Shown: positions 26,998-36,096 of the stretch, piece by piece
Layout of the letters: the number at the start of each line of letters is the position of its first letter
How positions within the stretch are numbered: position 1 is the first letter of the stretch
Virus record (IMG/VR): IMGVR_UViG_3300045988_099759
Length of the DNA: 45,427 nt
Source: a virus
Strand: one strand, 5' to 3'
Notes under the pieces: generated by a model
What the model was told of the DNA's origin: nothing
Seen by the model: the letters and a program-made list of their open reading frames with translations, nothing else
The model's database searches: none
Made by a program: the position numbers and the translations under genes

Positions 26998-28860
26998 TCA
27001 CCCCTTAAAGTTTCCGTTTTCCACAAACTCAACGGCAATCTGCATCAATCCAAACGGCTCATTTAAAGCATTGTTTGCAAAACGAAACCGCGCCTTGTCT
27101 ACTCGTTTGATTCGGATTTTGTTGTGCAATGTCCGCGAAGTCTTGTCGTTAGAATAAGTAAGGCGCGAATAGCGCAGCTGGTGATAACTAAAAAATCGTG
27201 CGTGTACGCTGTCGTTCCAGATATTAGACCAAATGCCGCGCTTCATGGCATAAACTGCAACGCTCGTTACAGCACTGGGGGCCATTTGCAAGGCAAGATA
27301 GCGGAAACTCTTGTTTTTATAAAAAAGCGTGCCCGCTAAGTCCGGTGTTTCCCATTCGGCATAAATCACAGCGCCGTTATCGTTGTAACTGCCAATATCA
27401 TCTGGGTCATTGTAAAACTGGTATACATTCCCGTTGTCAGCGCCAAAATATAGGTCGGTTTCATTCACCCACATTACACGCGCCGGTATATTCGTCTCAT
27501 AAAAGCAGGCATATTGCCGGGTCGAGTATGGCTCGTTTTTGTTTGCGCCCAAGTTCTGTTGCCCGTCCAAAATATAAGCAACGCCGTTCAGGCACAGCCA
27601 GTACATGTCTTTGTACACACAGGCGTAAGCATCCGCTTTGTTTGCTTCATCCAGCAGCTTGCCGTTCATGTAATAGCTTCTGTTCTGGCTGAATCGTTCG
27701 CCCACAATGTCACTGGGCGTGATTGCATAGATGCCTAAGTTTGTTAAAAACATTGGCTCGTTCGCGCAGTAAGCAAAACTGTATTTGGCAATTGCGCCGG
27801 GGCCTTGTATCGTGTTGGTAATGGGGAACGCCGGTTCGCTGTCCACCAAATTGCCCTGCCGGATAATTACGTTTCGGTCTGTCTCGTTCTCGTCCTTGTG
27901 CGCCGCAATGTGGTTCTCAATGATGGAATATCCCATGATGGCGCTTTTCTCTGTGCCTACCTTGCTGTACCCGGTGTCGGGCCAGTATGTCAAGTCATAC
28001 TGTCCGCTGTACCAGTCTTGGTTTGGATAGTCCGGATTTCCGCTTAAAAACAGGCGGTCAGTCGCGCCGTTCACGCCGAACAAAATGCCAATATTACATT
28101 TGTTGATTCTATCCGCATAGCCTTTCACGGTACGGCTTGCGGTGATTTCAATGTTGTCCTCGCCGGTAACAGGGCTTTTCCCCGGCGCAGTGTTGAACGT
28201 CACCACTCCGGTTGACGCATTGCAGCTGTATCCGCCGGTCATCGTCTCCCAACTGCCGCTGCTCGTCAACTTGCGCACCGTCACATTGGCACTGTCCAGC
28301 CCGGAAAAACTCAAATGGTACTGGGTGCTGGTCCCATCTGCTAAAAAAAGTTCCTTGAACTTCGGTTGCAGCAGGTTCAACGCATCATACTGTTTTCCGC
28401 CGCCGGACGGTGGTTTGGCAATCGTCAGCGTCGGAATTTTTGCATCGTCACTGGCTTTTTTTACAGTTTCGCCGTCATATACCAGCAGGCACTTTCCGTC
28501 GGCAATAAACAGCTTATCGTCCATCTGCCAGCTTTTGCTGCGGGCATCTGCCATGTCGCTGTACAGCGCCTTGCCCACTTTCTTGCCGTCCTCTGGCAAC
28601 TCGTATAGTGCCGTTCCCGCATGGATAAGGCTCTTACCCTTTAGCTCGTGGAAACCGTTCACACGGGCCGGAAACGCCGCTCGCAGCTTATATCCCATCC
28701 GTTTTCGCACCTTGCCGGGTTCTGACCGTATCATGTTCTGCGCGTTGGGGCTTTGGCTCACGCTTACATTGGCGGTGTTGCTGGTATAATCAATGCCAAG
28801 CAGTTTATCAATCGCCAGTTTGCTGCGGGCAACTTGGCTGGGTATCGTAAAAGTCGCCAT
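26998..28860 (-). CDS. Tail tubular/nozzle-type structural protein (620 aa; assignment by position)
   Basis: Large ORF between the adaptor-size gene and the fibres. ATG at 28860 directly follows the upstream TAA. Confidence 0.45.
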   Translation of the reverse strand: MATFTIPSQVARSKLAIDKLLGIDYTSNTANVSVSQSPNAQNMIRSEPGKVRKRMGYKLRAAFPARVNGFHELKGKSLIHAGTALYELPEDGKKVGKALYSDMADARSKSWQMDDKLFIADGKCLLVYDGETVKKASDDAKIPTLTIAKPPSGGGKQYDALNLLQPKFKELFLADGTSTQYHLSFSGLDSANVTVRKLTSSGSWETMTGGYSCNASTGVVTFNTAPGKSPVTGEDNIEITASRTVKGYADRINKCNIGILFGVNGATDRLFLSGNPDYPNQDWYSGQYDLTYWPDTGYSKVGTEKSAIMGYSIIENHIAAHKDENETDRNVIIRQGNLVDSEPAFPITNTIQGPGAIAKYSFAYCANEPMFLTNLGIYAITPSDIVGERFSQNRSYYMNGKLLDEANKADAYACVYKDMYWLCLNGVAYILDGQQNLGANKNEPYSTRQYACFYETNIPARVMWVNETDLYFGADNGNVYQFYNDPDDIGSYNDNGAVIYAEWETPDLAGTLFYKNKSFRYLALQMAPSAVTSVAVYAMKRGIWSNIWNDSVHARFFSYHQLRYSRLTYSNDKTSRTLHNKIRIKRVDKARFRFANNALNEPFGLMQIAVEFVENGNFKG

Positions 28861-28862
28861 GC

Positions 28863-29462
28863 TTACCACCACCCTGTATTGCTTGTAAAGCTTTCCTTAC
28901 TTACGGTTCTCGGGTTCTTCAGTCGTTCAAAGGCGGTCTCAAACTCGTTGCGGTAGTAAGTAGCAATGGCAATGTCATCATCCTTGTATAACTGGCTGGC
29001 AATGTACAGCGGCAGCAGTACAACGGCATCGTCCGGCAGGTCGATTTCTTTTGTGTCCGGCGTTTCCAGCGTCAGCGTTGCAGGCTTGGCATCGTAGAAA
29101 AACTCAAACTCGCCTTCAAAATCAGCCGGAAAAACCAGGTACTTGCCGCCGTACAGCTCCACCCCGTCTACAGGTTCCGGGGTATCGTCCACCAGCTTGT
29201 ACACCTCAGTAGCGCCCATCCGCCAGTAATCCGGCACCTGATAAACCAGATTCACAGTCAGCTTTTCGCCCTTGTCTTTGTCTACCATGTAACTTTTGCG
29301 TAAATACCGCCCGGCAGTGCAAATCATTTCAATGGCTTCGTTGGCTGCTTGTGGCATCGCGTTTAAATATTCTTTTGTCGCTTCGTCGGGGTTCGAGAGG
29401 TCTGTGCCGTCACTGGCGAACATCTTTTGCAAGGATGCCAGCTTGATCTGTTCCCATGTCAT
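28863..29462 (-). CDS. Head-tail adaptor / tail tubular A-type protein (199 aa; assignment by position)
   Basis: ATG at 29462 lies 7 nt after GGGGGTG and overlaps the portal 3' end. Its size and position after the portal are as in T7-like podoviruses. Confidence 0.45.
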   Translation of the reverse strand: MTWEQIKLASLQKMFASDGTDLSNPDEATKEYLNAMPQAANEAIEMICTAGRYLRKSYMVDKDKGEKLTVNLVYQVPDYWRMGATEVYKLVDDTPEPVDGVELYGGKYLVFPADFEGEFEFFYDAKPATLTLETPDTKEIDLPDDAVVLLPLYIASQLYKDDDIAIATYYRNEFETAFERLKNPRTVSKESFTSNTGWW

Positions 29463-31293
29463 TCGCAATCACCCCCTGCTGCATAGCTTCCTGTTTGTCC
29501 ATCTCCTCTTTGATGGATTTCTGCATTGTGGCTGCAAACGGGAATCCGGTCTCTTTCAGGAGAGTCCACAGCCGGTACTGGCTTGCAGGCTTGGTAATGT
29601 CGCCAAAACCACCCGCCTGATACTTCACATCGACCATATCCCACAGCCGTTCGCGGTTGCTGGCAAGGTTACTTGCCGGGTCAACCTCAATGATAAATTC
29701 ATCGTTCCAGTACAATTCCCCGGCTGCGTCCCGCTTCAAAAACTCCATCCTGTCAAAATGCCCGAACTGCTGTTCGCCGTCCGTGTCTGTCTCGGTCGTC
29801 GGGTACGGCTCATCAGCATACGCCAGCAAAAACTCAAACATCATGCGGTACAGCTTCGCATAGGCGTTGTTCTTCATCTCGCGCTTGCTCTGCAAACGGC
29901 CTGCGCTCTGGTTTGCGCTGAACTGTTTCGCGCTGCCCGATGTAGCAGAACTGTCGTACTTGCCCTGGAATGCGTCTGTAATGCCCAAAGTGGATTTCGC
30001 CCAAGTGTAATTCATTTCCAGCATGTTCTGGTCGTTCTGTACATTGGGCTGCACATTGATAACATCGATCATGGCTTTCTGGCTCGGGTTGTCCACGCGC
30101 AAAATTTTCAGCTCGTCATCGTTCAGCTCCGCGTTTACGCCCTCCGGCAGCACTACCCAACTGCCGCCTTTCAGCAGCTTTTCCTGAATCTTCGTGCCGT
30201 ATTTGTTGATGGCCTGCTGCTGGTCAGCGATTATATCTACATCCGACACGCCCAAAAACTTGTCCGATGCCGCAATGTTTATCCGCTCCACAATCGGGAA
30301 CCCGTGCGGTTTGTAGGCCGGTATCTCGTTGGCCTCCATCTCGCCAGGCATCATAATGACCTCGCCGCTTTCGTTGTCACGCTGCACACTGCCGTCCGGG
30401 TTCACAATGGGCACATCCTCGCCCATCACCTGTGCAGGAAGCACCTCGCCGCTGCTAAGCACTACATCCTGTGTCAGCGTAAGGGTCTGCACTGGCTGTT
30501 CTTTGAACTTCTTGTTCCCGCAAACGCAGACATCCCCCACGCGCCGCCGTCCGCATTTCGTGCAGACCTCTGCCGTGCGCGCATAATAATCGGGGAAATC
30601 TTCAAGCACCTGACACCCTACCCAGCTAAACATGCCTACTGTGCCCTTGTCGTGCTTGTAATAGACAATGTTCTGCGTCACAACGCCTGCGTGGGTGCTG
30701 CCATCGCCCCCGCGCGCGTCCGGCGCGTCCTCTGTGTCGGTCTCAATGGTAATGCCGTACCGCGCTTCCAGCGATTCCTTGCTCTTTGAGACCTGCACAA
30801 AGATATAATCCATATCCTCAATGCGGTACACGCCAGGCTGCGGAATGACCTGCCGTGGGTGACGCATCTCTACTTCAACATCGCCCAGCGTGCAGTGATA
30901 CCCTGCAACCGGGTTCCACTCCACATGGAAAAAGTCCGCGCCCTGCACCGGCACTGTGCGTTCGCTTCTGTCGTTCAGTTCAATAAACCGCATCCGCCGT
31001 GCCTGATTGCGCAGCATGTTTTCGGCCTTTCGCGCCAAGTCCCGGTCTTCCGAATGGATGGCTGTGACCTTCGGCATCGGGTAGCTGGAATCCACCTGAC
31101 TTTCAATCAGCTCATAGATAATATTGCGCACATTCGTGGCGTTCTTTTTGGCGCCCTGTATCTCGTGGCTGCCGTAGTACATGGCCTCGCGCTTGCGCAT
31201 CTTTTCCAGGGTGTCACTGTATGCAGCTTTCGCGCTGGATAGCTTGCCCTGCCATTTTTCAAGGTCTTTTGTTTGCTTATCGTCTTTCTTCAT
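29410..31293 (-). CDS. Portal protein (627 aa)
   Basis: AGGAG SD; size and N-terminal region are typical of portals. Contains a 'CTKCGRRRVGDVCVCG' zinc-ribbon-like insert. Confidence 0.65.
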   Translation of the reverse strand: MKKDDKQTKDLEKWQGKLSSAKAAYSDTLEKMRKREAMYYGSHEIQGAKKNATNVRNIIYELIESQVDSSYPMPKVTAIHSEDRDLARKAENMLRNQARRMRFIELNDRSERTVPVQGADFFHVEWNPVAGYHCTLGDVEVEMRHPRQVIPQPGVYRIEDMDYIFVQVSKSKESLEARYGITIETDTEDAPDARGGDGSTHAGVVTQNIVYYKHDKGTVGMFSWVGCQVLEDFPDYYARTAEVCTKCGRRRVGDVCVCGNKKFKEQPVQTLTLTQDVVLSSGEVLPAQVMGEDVPIVNPDGSVQRDNESGEVIMMPGEMEANEIPAYKPHGFPIVERINIAASDKFLGVSDVDIIADQQQAINKYGTKIQEKLLKGGSWVVLPEGVNAELNDDELKILRVDNPSQKAMIDVINVQPNVQNDQNMLEMNYTWAKSTLGITDAFQGKYDSSATSGSAKQFSANQSAGRLQSKREMKNNAYAKLYRMMFEFLLAYADEPYPTTETDTDGEQQFGHFDRMEFLKRDAAGELYWNDEFIIEVDPASNLASNRERLWDMVDVKYQAGGFGDITKPASQYRLWTLLKETGFPFAATMQKSIKEEMDKQEAMQQGVIANDMGTDQAGILAKDVRQ

Positions 31294-31330
31294 ATCGTCA
31301 CTCCTGTGGGGTCATGCCCCCGCAAATGTG

Positions 31331-31362
31331 ATAAAAAAGTGGCCCTGCCGTAGCAGAGCCGC
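31331..31362 (-). terminator. Intrinsic terminator after the capsid genes
   Basis: On the minus strand: GCGGCTCTGC-TACG-GCAGGGCCAC followed by TTTTTTAT. Confidence 0.75.
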
Positions 31363-31367
31363 TAAAA

Positions 31368-31550
31368 TTACTGCTTCTTGGTTCGCCGTTTCCTCTTGCC
31401 ACCCTCGCTTGCGAGGGTGGTGGCCGCAGGCGGGGGAGAGTTCTCCACCGCCCGGGAATAATACGTCCCGTCCCCGTTCACGGCCTCCACAACATACAGC
31501 CGCTTGCCGTCCTCAAAGGTGTCCCCGATTTTCAATCCTTTAGGAACCAT
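31368..31550 (-). CDS. Small protein with a basic tail (60 aa), head-associated by position
   Basis: ATG at 31550 follows the capsid TAA. 'KIGDTFEDGKRLYVVEAVNGDGTYY' followed by 'GGKRKRRTKKQ'. Confidence 0.5.
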   Translation of the reverse strand: MVPKGLKIGDTFEDGKRLYVVEAVNGDGTYYSRAVENSPPPAATTLASEGGKRKRRTKKQ

Positions 31551-31561
31551 GCTGCACCGCC

Positions 31562-32563
31562 TTAGGTCAGCGTGCTGCCAGCAGTAGCGCCGCCCAAAAT
31601 AACGTGACGCCAATCTCCGAAACCGGCGCTGAAACGGCCACGGCAGGAAGTGATCAAATCCTGCGTCATCGTGTCCACATTCTGGAAGGTCTCCATCGCG
31701 GTACGGTCATAGAACACATTGCCCAGCAAGTCCTTGTTTGCCTGAGAGCTCATGATGATATAGGGGCTCGTCTCGTCAGCAGCCTGCCAATGGTGGTCAA
31801 CGATAAGCTTCCACATGCCCTTGTTGACGTTCACATCGTTGAAGTTGCTGCCGACCTGCTGGTCACTGTTGGCAATCTTCTTTGCCAGCACGATCATCTC
31901 GGGGCGGTTGGCAGGCAGGATGATGGTGTCGAACACATAGCCCATGTGGTTGCCGGAGGCATTCATGAAGTTGAAGCCGACATTTGCCAGCTTGTTCAAC
32001 ATCGCGTCATCGGTGCCCAGCGCATTGGTGAACACATTGCTCTGCGCGGCAACGCCTGTCTTGCCGGTGTGATCTTTGGCAAACAGGGCCTTGCCGTCTG
32101 CGGTGGTGGAATCCAGCCCAGTCTTTGCGCCGTAAGTAAAGGTCGCGGCAGCGCTGGTCAGTGCGCTGGAAGCAAACACAGCGCGGCTTCGCTTGTAGGC
32201 ACGCACATAGGCTGCAGCGCGGGCAGCTGCCATATCGAACTGGTTGTCCTCGATCATCGTCTTGGTGATGCGGAACGCCTTCTTGAACTCCGAATGCTGG
32301 ATAAGTTTGGGTTCCACCTCGCCGAAATCATCCAGCGGGCTGGACGCGCCCTCATCGACCAGATCAAAGTTGGAGAAGGTAGACATACCAGCGATCTTCT
32401 CGCCGAAACGCTTGGACTTCTTGACATTGAACAGCGCATTGACAAGCTCGTCATCGTTGTTCTTCTCGTTGTCTGTGTCCTTCATTTTCATGGTAAGCAG
32501 GTCAGCCCACTCATTCCAAAAATCATTGGCAAGGCCGCTTGCCTTGCTAAAAATAACTGCCAT
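31562..32563 (-). CDS. Major capsid protein (333 aa)
   Basis: GGAGA SD. Lies between a scaffold-like gene and a strong terminator, and its length is consistent with HK97-fold capsid proteins. Confidence 0.7.
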   Translation of the reverse strand: MAVIFSKASGLANDFWNEWADLLTMKMKDTDNEKNNDDELVNALFNVKKSKRFGEKIAGMSTFSNFDLVDEGASSPLDDFGEVEPKLIQHSEFKKAFRITKTMIEDNQFDMAAARAAAYVRAYKRSRAVFASSALTSAAATFTYGAKTGLDSTTADGKALFAKDHTGKTGVAAQSNVFTNALGTDDAMLNKLANVGFNFMNASGNHMGYVFDTIILPANRPEMIVLAKKIANSDQQVGSNFNDVNVNKGMWKLIVDHHWQAADETSPYIIMSSQANKDLLGNVFYDRTAMETFQNVDTMTQDLITSCRGRFSAGFGDWRHVILGGATAGSTLT

Positions 32564-32586
32564 AGTCAGTCTCCTTTACACAAAAA

Positions 32587-33405
32587 TCAAATCGAGTTGT
32601 AGAGCTTCTGCAGCTCCTCATCGCTCTTTTCCGGGAAATACTCATGCGCTTTCGCAAGCATCCCGCTGCTCATGGTCTTTTCCTTGCCCGGCATATTGGC
32701 ACCGCCGTGCGCGGCCAAGTGCCCCTTGCCGCGTGCCGCGTTGATAGCTGCCTGTTTACCGGCCTCCGTACCGCTCTGTACAGCCTTGCCATAGTTCAGC
32801 GCCTTGTAGGCGGTCACCATGTCCAGCCCGTTTTTCTGCACAAGCTCGACCATCTTGTCAAAATTTTCAAGTTTGGCAAGGTCTGCGGTGGTTTTCAGGC
32901 TCGGCTCAATTTTTTGCAGCGCGGCAAAGTCAGCATTGAACGCTGCCTGCGCCTCGTCGTTGACTCTGGCGGCTTTCAGCTCCTCCATCTCGGCTTTCAG
33001 CTGTGCCTTCTCCGGGTCGTTGTCGATAAGGCGCTGCAACGCGGCTCTCTGTTCCGCTGTCTGGTTCGCCGTGGCCTGCTCGATTGCACGCTGACGGTCA
33101 AGCTTGTTCTGGGCGTCCAGTGCGGCGAAATAGTCCTGCATCGACTTGACCGGCGCGCCGGTCTCGGGGTTTTTGTACCCGGCAAATCTCTGTGCAAACT
33201 GTCTGTCCACACGCTGCTGCGCCTCTCGCTCGCTGCGCTGGCGGGCAATGGCCCAGACATTGTTGGGGATTTCCGGTTCTGTGGCAGTTTCCGTGTTTTG
33301 GGCGGCACTTTCCACTTCACTTTCCACAGTTTCCACATTTTCTGTCGGGTTGTCGTCAATCTGGTCGGCTACGCCAGCGGTCACGCCGTTTTCAAACTCG
33401 TCCAT
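32587..33405 (-). CDS. Scaffolding protein (272 aa)
   Basis: ATG at 33405 lies 4 nt after GGAGGA. Acidic N-terminus and Ala/Gln/Glu-rich helical sequence, immediately upstream of the capsid gene. Confidence 0.6.
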   Translation of the reverse strand: MDEFENGVTAGVADQIDDNPTENVETVESEVESAAQNTETATEPEIPNNVWAIARQRSEREAQQRVDRQFAQRFAGYKNPETGAPVKSMQDYFAALDAQNKLDRQRAIEQATANQTAEQRAALQRLIDNDPEKAQLKAEMEELKAARVNDEAQAAFNADFAALQKIEPSLKTTADLAKLENFDKMVELVQKNGLDMVTAYKALNYGKAVQSGTEAGKQAAINAARGKGHLAAHGGANMPGKEKTMSSGMLAKAHEYFPEKSDEELQKLYNSI

Positions 33406-33446
33406 AGGTTCCTCCGCGTACAACGCCCGCCGGCTAAAAATTTGTA

Positions 33447-33479
33447 TAAAAAAAGCGCCTACCCTTTCGGATAAGCGCT
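33447..33479 (-). terminator. Strong intrinsic terminator between the zinc-ribbon ORF and the scaffold gene
   Basis: On the minus strand: AGCGCTTATCC-GAAA-GGGTAGGCGCT followed by TTTTTTTAT. Confidence 0.8.
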
Positions 33480-33500
33480 TCTTTTATCGTAGTTTTCCTG

Positions 33501-33547
33501 CCTTCCCCCTCGGGGGAAGGTGGCCCCGCAGGGCCGGATGAGGGCAA
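33501..33547 (-). repeat. Twin-hairpin element, copy C
   Basis: CCTTCCCCCTCGGGGGAAGG-T-GGCCCCGCAGGGCC-GGATGAGGGCAA. Confidence 0.8.
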
Positions 33548-33555
33548 AGCAAATC

Positions 33556-33726
33556 TTATTGCCCGCCGTCATTCACCGGGTAACTCACCCTCTGCACCGC
33601 TTTTCCCGGTGCCAGCTCTCCCACAACCTGTCCAAATCGCGGGCATTGCTTACTTCGGCAGATAAATTTCAGCACTTCTGTGCTGGAATCCACGCGGCAC
33701 TCCACGCCGCAAGTTGGGCATCTCAA
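33556..33726 (-). CDS. Small zinc-ribbon protein (56 aa from the TTG start; the ORF is open up to 33783)
   Basis: GGAGGGG lies 5 nt upstream of the TTG at 33726. 'RCPTCGVEC...CRSKQCPRFG'. Confidence 0.5.
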   Translation of the reverse strand: MRCPTCGVECRVDSSTEVLKFICRSKQCPRFGQVVGELAPGKAVQRVSYPVNDGGQ

Positions 33727-33820
33727 AAAATCCCCTCCATTACCAAAATGTTGTTCTGCACCTTGCCGCCGTAATAGCGGCAAATTCTATAACAGGGCTG
33801 CGCGTTCAACCAAAACTCGA

Positions 33821-35311
33821 TCATGCAGGGTTCCCCCATTTCTCAATCAGCATTTTGCGGTCTTTCGGGCTGGCGTTTTTGTAATCCTCGTACATGTCCG
33901 CCGTCCACGGTCTCTTTCGTATATTCACAGGTTTTTTCGCCGGGCTTGTCCACCAAACGCAAAAATAGCGTAACGCGTCCGGGTAATGCGTCAGGCCGTG
34001 CGGGTTTTTCGCATACACATCGGGGTTTTTATCGTCCTTCTGTATCTTCGTCAGACACGTCCATAACTCGCCCGGCTTGTAAAAGGTCAAATACCCTTTC
34101 CCGCTCTTTTCGTCCTTGCGCAGCCATTGTTTCATGGCCGCGCATCCTGCCGGGAAGTCTCGGGAACTCTGCACCAACGGCAATCCCGCCTCGCTGAACA
34201 GCTGTGCGCGGCTCTTGCCGCTCTCCTGGCTTCGGTTCCACAGGTCAGGTGGTGCAAGATACATGTCTATTTCTTCCTCGGCAGAATTGCGCAAAATCAA
34301 ATCTGCCGCTTCACCTATCGTCTTGTTCGGCCCGCCGTCCACCCGGTACACCGTTGCATGGCCCTGCGTGTCAACAGCTATCCAAAGTGCCGCCAACATA
34401 TCAAGGCCATAGTCAATCGTCACATAGCGTCTTAGCGGCCCTGTGGGCGGTGCATCGACCAAGTGGGTATCTTTGTCAAGCTCACTAAAAAAGCGCCCTC
34501 CGGGTGCGGAGAGCGCTTCTTCTTCAGTTGCAGGGTACTCCTGCATCGTTTTATCTTCGCCCAGCGCAGCAACAGTCTGTGCGTACCACTTCTCACTGCG
34601 GCGCGGGTCTGTGCTCCACGGCAAAAACAGCTTTGCAAAACCGTTGCCGGGGTTTGTGTAGATTTCCTCAAACAGCGTGCCAAGTTTGATGGTTGACAGC
34701 CCGATAACCCGCCCGCCGAACGGTCTGTTGATAACCGGGTATGCAGCCTGCCAGATTTCCTCTGCGTACTGCTGGAACGCCCATTCGTCAATCACGATCA
34801 AGTCAGCGGTAAATGAACGGCCTGCCGCAGGGCTTGACGGAAACGCCTTAAACACGCTCTCCGGCCCGTCCGGCCACATCACAACCACCTGCATTGTGCT
34901 TTTGTAGAATACCGGCCCTGTCCAGCCTGCAACGCTGCCGCCCGGCGTGTCCACCTCTCGGATAAGCCCCGGCATATACCGCAGTATCACCGCAAGGCGG
35001 CGCACAAGCTCTTTGGCCTCGTCCTCTGACCGGCTCAAGCCAATCGCGGTACGGCCTGTGTTCAGCGCCACAAGCCGTGCCACCTCCGCCAGCGCCAGCC
35101 ATGTAAAACCCAACTGACGCGCTTTCAGCACGCAAACAAGCCGGTTCTCGGCAAACACGACCAGCGCTTTTTTTTGCCCGTCCCACAGCGTAAACGGCTG
35201 AATTAGCTCGTCTGCGTCCTTGTCCTCAATGTGGCAATATGTTTCGCAAAAATATATCGGGTCTTTCCTGCACGCCTCGCGCTCAAGTTCCCGCATTTCT
35301 TCCAGCGTCAA
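33821..35311 (-). CDS. terL: Terminase large subunit
   Basis: 496 aa. 'VLKARQLGFTWLALAEV' (ATPase N-terminal motif), 'LIVIDEWAF' (Walker B-like) and a nuclease-like C-terminal half. TTG start after GGGGTGA. Confidence 0.85.
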   Translation of the reverse strand: MTLEEMRELEREACRKDPIYFCETYCHIEDKDADELIQPFTLWDGQKKALVVFAENRLVCVLKARQLGFTWLALAEVARLVALNTGRTAIGLSRSEDEAKELVRRLAVILRYMPGLIREVDTPGGSVAGWTGPVFYKSTMQVVVMWPDGPESVFKAFPSSPAAGRSFTADLIVIDEWAFQQYAEEIWQAAYPVINRPFGGRVIGLSTIKLGTLFEEIYTNPGNGFAKLFLPWSTDPRRSEKWYAQTVAALGEDKTMQEYPATEEEALSAPGGRFFSELDKDTHLVDAPPTGPLRRYVTIDYGLDMLAALWIAVDTQGHATVYRVDGGPNKTIGEAADLILRNSAEEEIDMYLAPPDLWNRSQESGKSRAQLFSEAGLPLVQSSRDFPAGCAAMKQWLRKDEKSGKGYLTFYKPGELWTCLTKIQKDDKNPDVYAKNPHGLTHYPDALRYFCVWWTSPAKKPVNIRKRPWTADMYEDYKNASPKDRKMLIEKWGNPA

Positions 35312-35826
35312 CGCATCACCCCGCTTTCAGCAAAAGCCTTGCGTGAAAAGCCAACCAATCAAAACGGATTGCAAAGTTCGGTACAGCATACACCATGTTG
35401 TCACGCAAAAACGAAAGCGACGGCAACAAAAAGAATGATTTCCCGTAAATCTCAAAATCGAACCTGCAATCCATTTCTCTACCTCAAAATTCCCCAAACC
35501 CGCCCTACCGGTCTCACCCGTTGCAGATAGCAAGTCCGCAACGCTTTTTTGATTCCCTGTATTGTCCGCACAGGGCTGGCGGGCGTCATTTGTATACCGC
35601 ACAGTCCTGCGGTGTTCGGCAGTATTTATACCCGCGCCCCTATCCGCGGTTGAAGTTTTGTTTCGCACTTCACTGTGCGGGCAGAATTTTTCAGGCTCTC
35701 GAAGTCCCGTTGCGGTCTGCCATCGCGCCGCGCTCCTGATCGGCTTGCCGCTTTGCTTACAGCGTTCAGGTTATCTATCGCGTTTTGCCTGCGCCGGGCT
35801 TTCACCGGTGGGAATGACCCAACCTT

Positions 35827-35884
35827 TGCCCTCAGCCGGACTTGAACCGGCACACCAAGGCTCTTGCCATTGAGCTACAAGGGC
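35827..35884 (-). ncRNA. 58-nt tRNA-like element lacking an anticodon arm
   Basis: Minus strand reads GCCCTTG-TA-GCTCAATGGCAAGAGC-CTTGGTGT-GCCGGTTCAAGTCCGGC-TGAGGGC-A. The acceptor, D arm and T arm (GGTTCAAGTCC) are canonical, but only 8 nt occupy the place of the anticodon arm plus variable loop. Confidence 0.5.
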
Positions 35885-35972
35885 ATGTGCGGCTTGCCGT
35901 TTGCACGACCATTGTCATCATTTGTGAGGTATGCCGCGCACGCTCACACAGACTGGGCGCTACCCAGCCATC

Positions 35973-36061
35973 TGGCGCAGAACAGAGGACACGAACCCCA
36001 GCCGCCATCGGCAGCCAATCGGTTTAGCAAACCGTTCCCGCTCCTCGCGGGTTTATTCTGC
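35973..36061 (-). tRNA. 89-nt class-II tRNA-like gene, anticodon GCU (Ser), non-canonical 8/4 geometry, CCA encoded
   Basis: Manual fold: acceptor GCAGAATA/TGTTCTGC (8 bp), D stem CCCGC/GCGGG, anticodon loop TTGCTAA, long variable arm GCTGCC-GAT-GGCGGC, T arm GGGG-TTCGTGT-CCTC, and a 3' GCCA. It lacks U8 and A58. Confidence 0.45.
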
Positions 36062-36096
36062 AAATAAAAAAGCGCCCTGCCGTAGCAGAACGCTTT
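36062..36096 (-). terminator. Intrinsic terminator directly upstream of the tRNA-like gene
   Basis: On the minus strand: GCGTTCTGC-TACG-GCAGGGCGC followed by TTTTTTATTT. Confidence 0.7.

Noticed and set aside
22894-27038. Diversity-generating retroelement targeting the fibre genes.
   Set aside because: No reverse transcriptase ORF exists anywhere in the genome. No template/variable repeat pair with A-specific mismatches was seen near the fibre C-termini.
29296-30789. Long plus-strand ORFs antisense to late genes, for example 29296..30789 (497 aa), 31604..32602, 32644..33474, 17682..18824, 15969..16646, 10300..11190 and 9495..10103.
   Set aside because: Their translations are Arg/His/Leu/Cys-rich low-complexity sequence with no recognisable motifs and no ribosome-binding sites. 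Each lies opposite an ORF with clear family features or strong RBS-coupled packing. Long antisense ORFs are expected in GC-rich coding DNA.
35455-35475. A T-loop-like GCAGGTTCGATT on the minus strand was considered as a possible third tRNA. An apparent hairpin pair at 36100-36170 was also checked.
   Set aside because: No acceptor, D or anticodon stems could be paired at tRNA-compatible distances.
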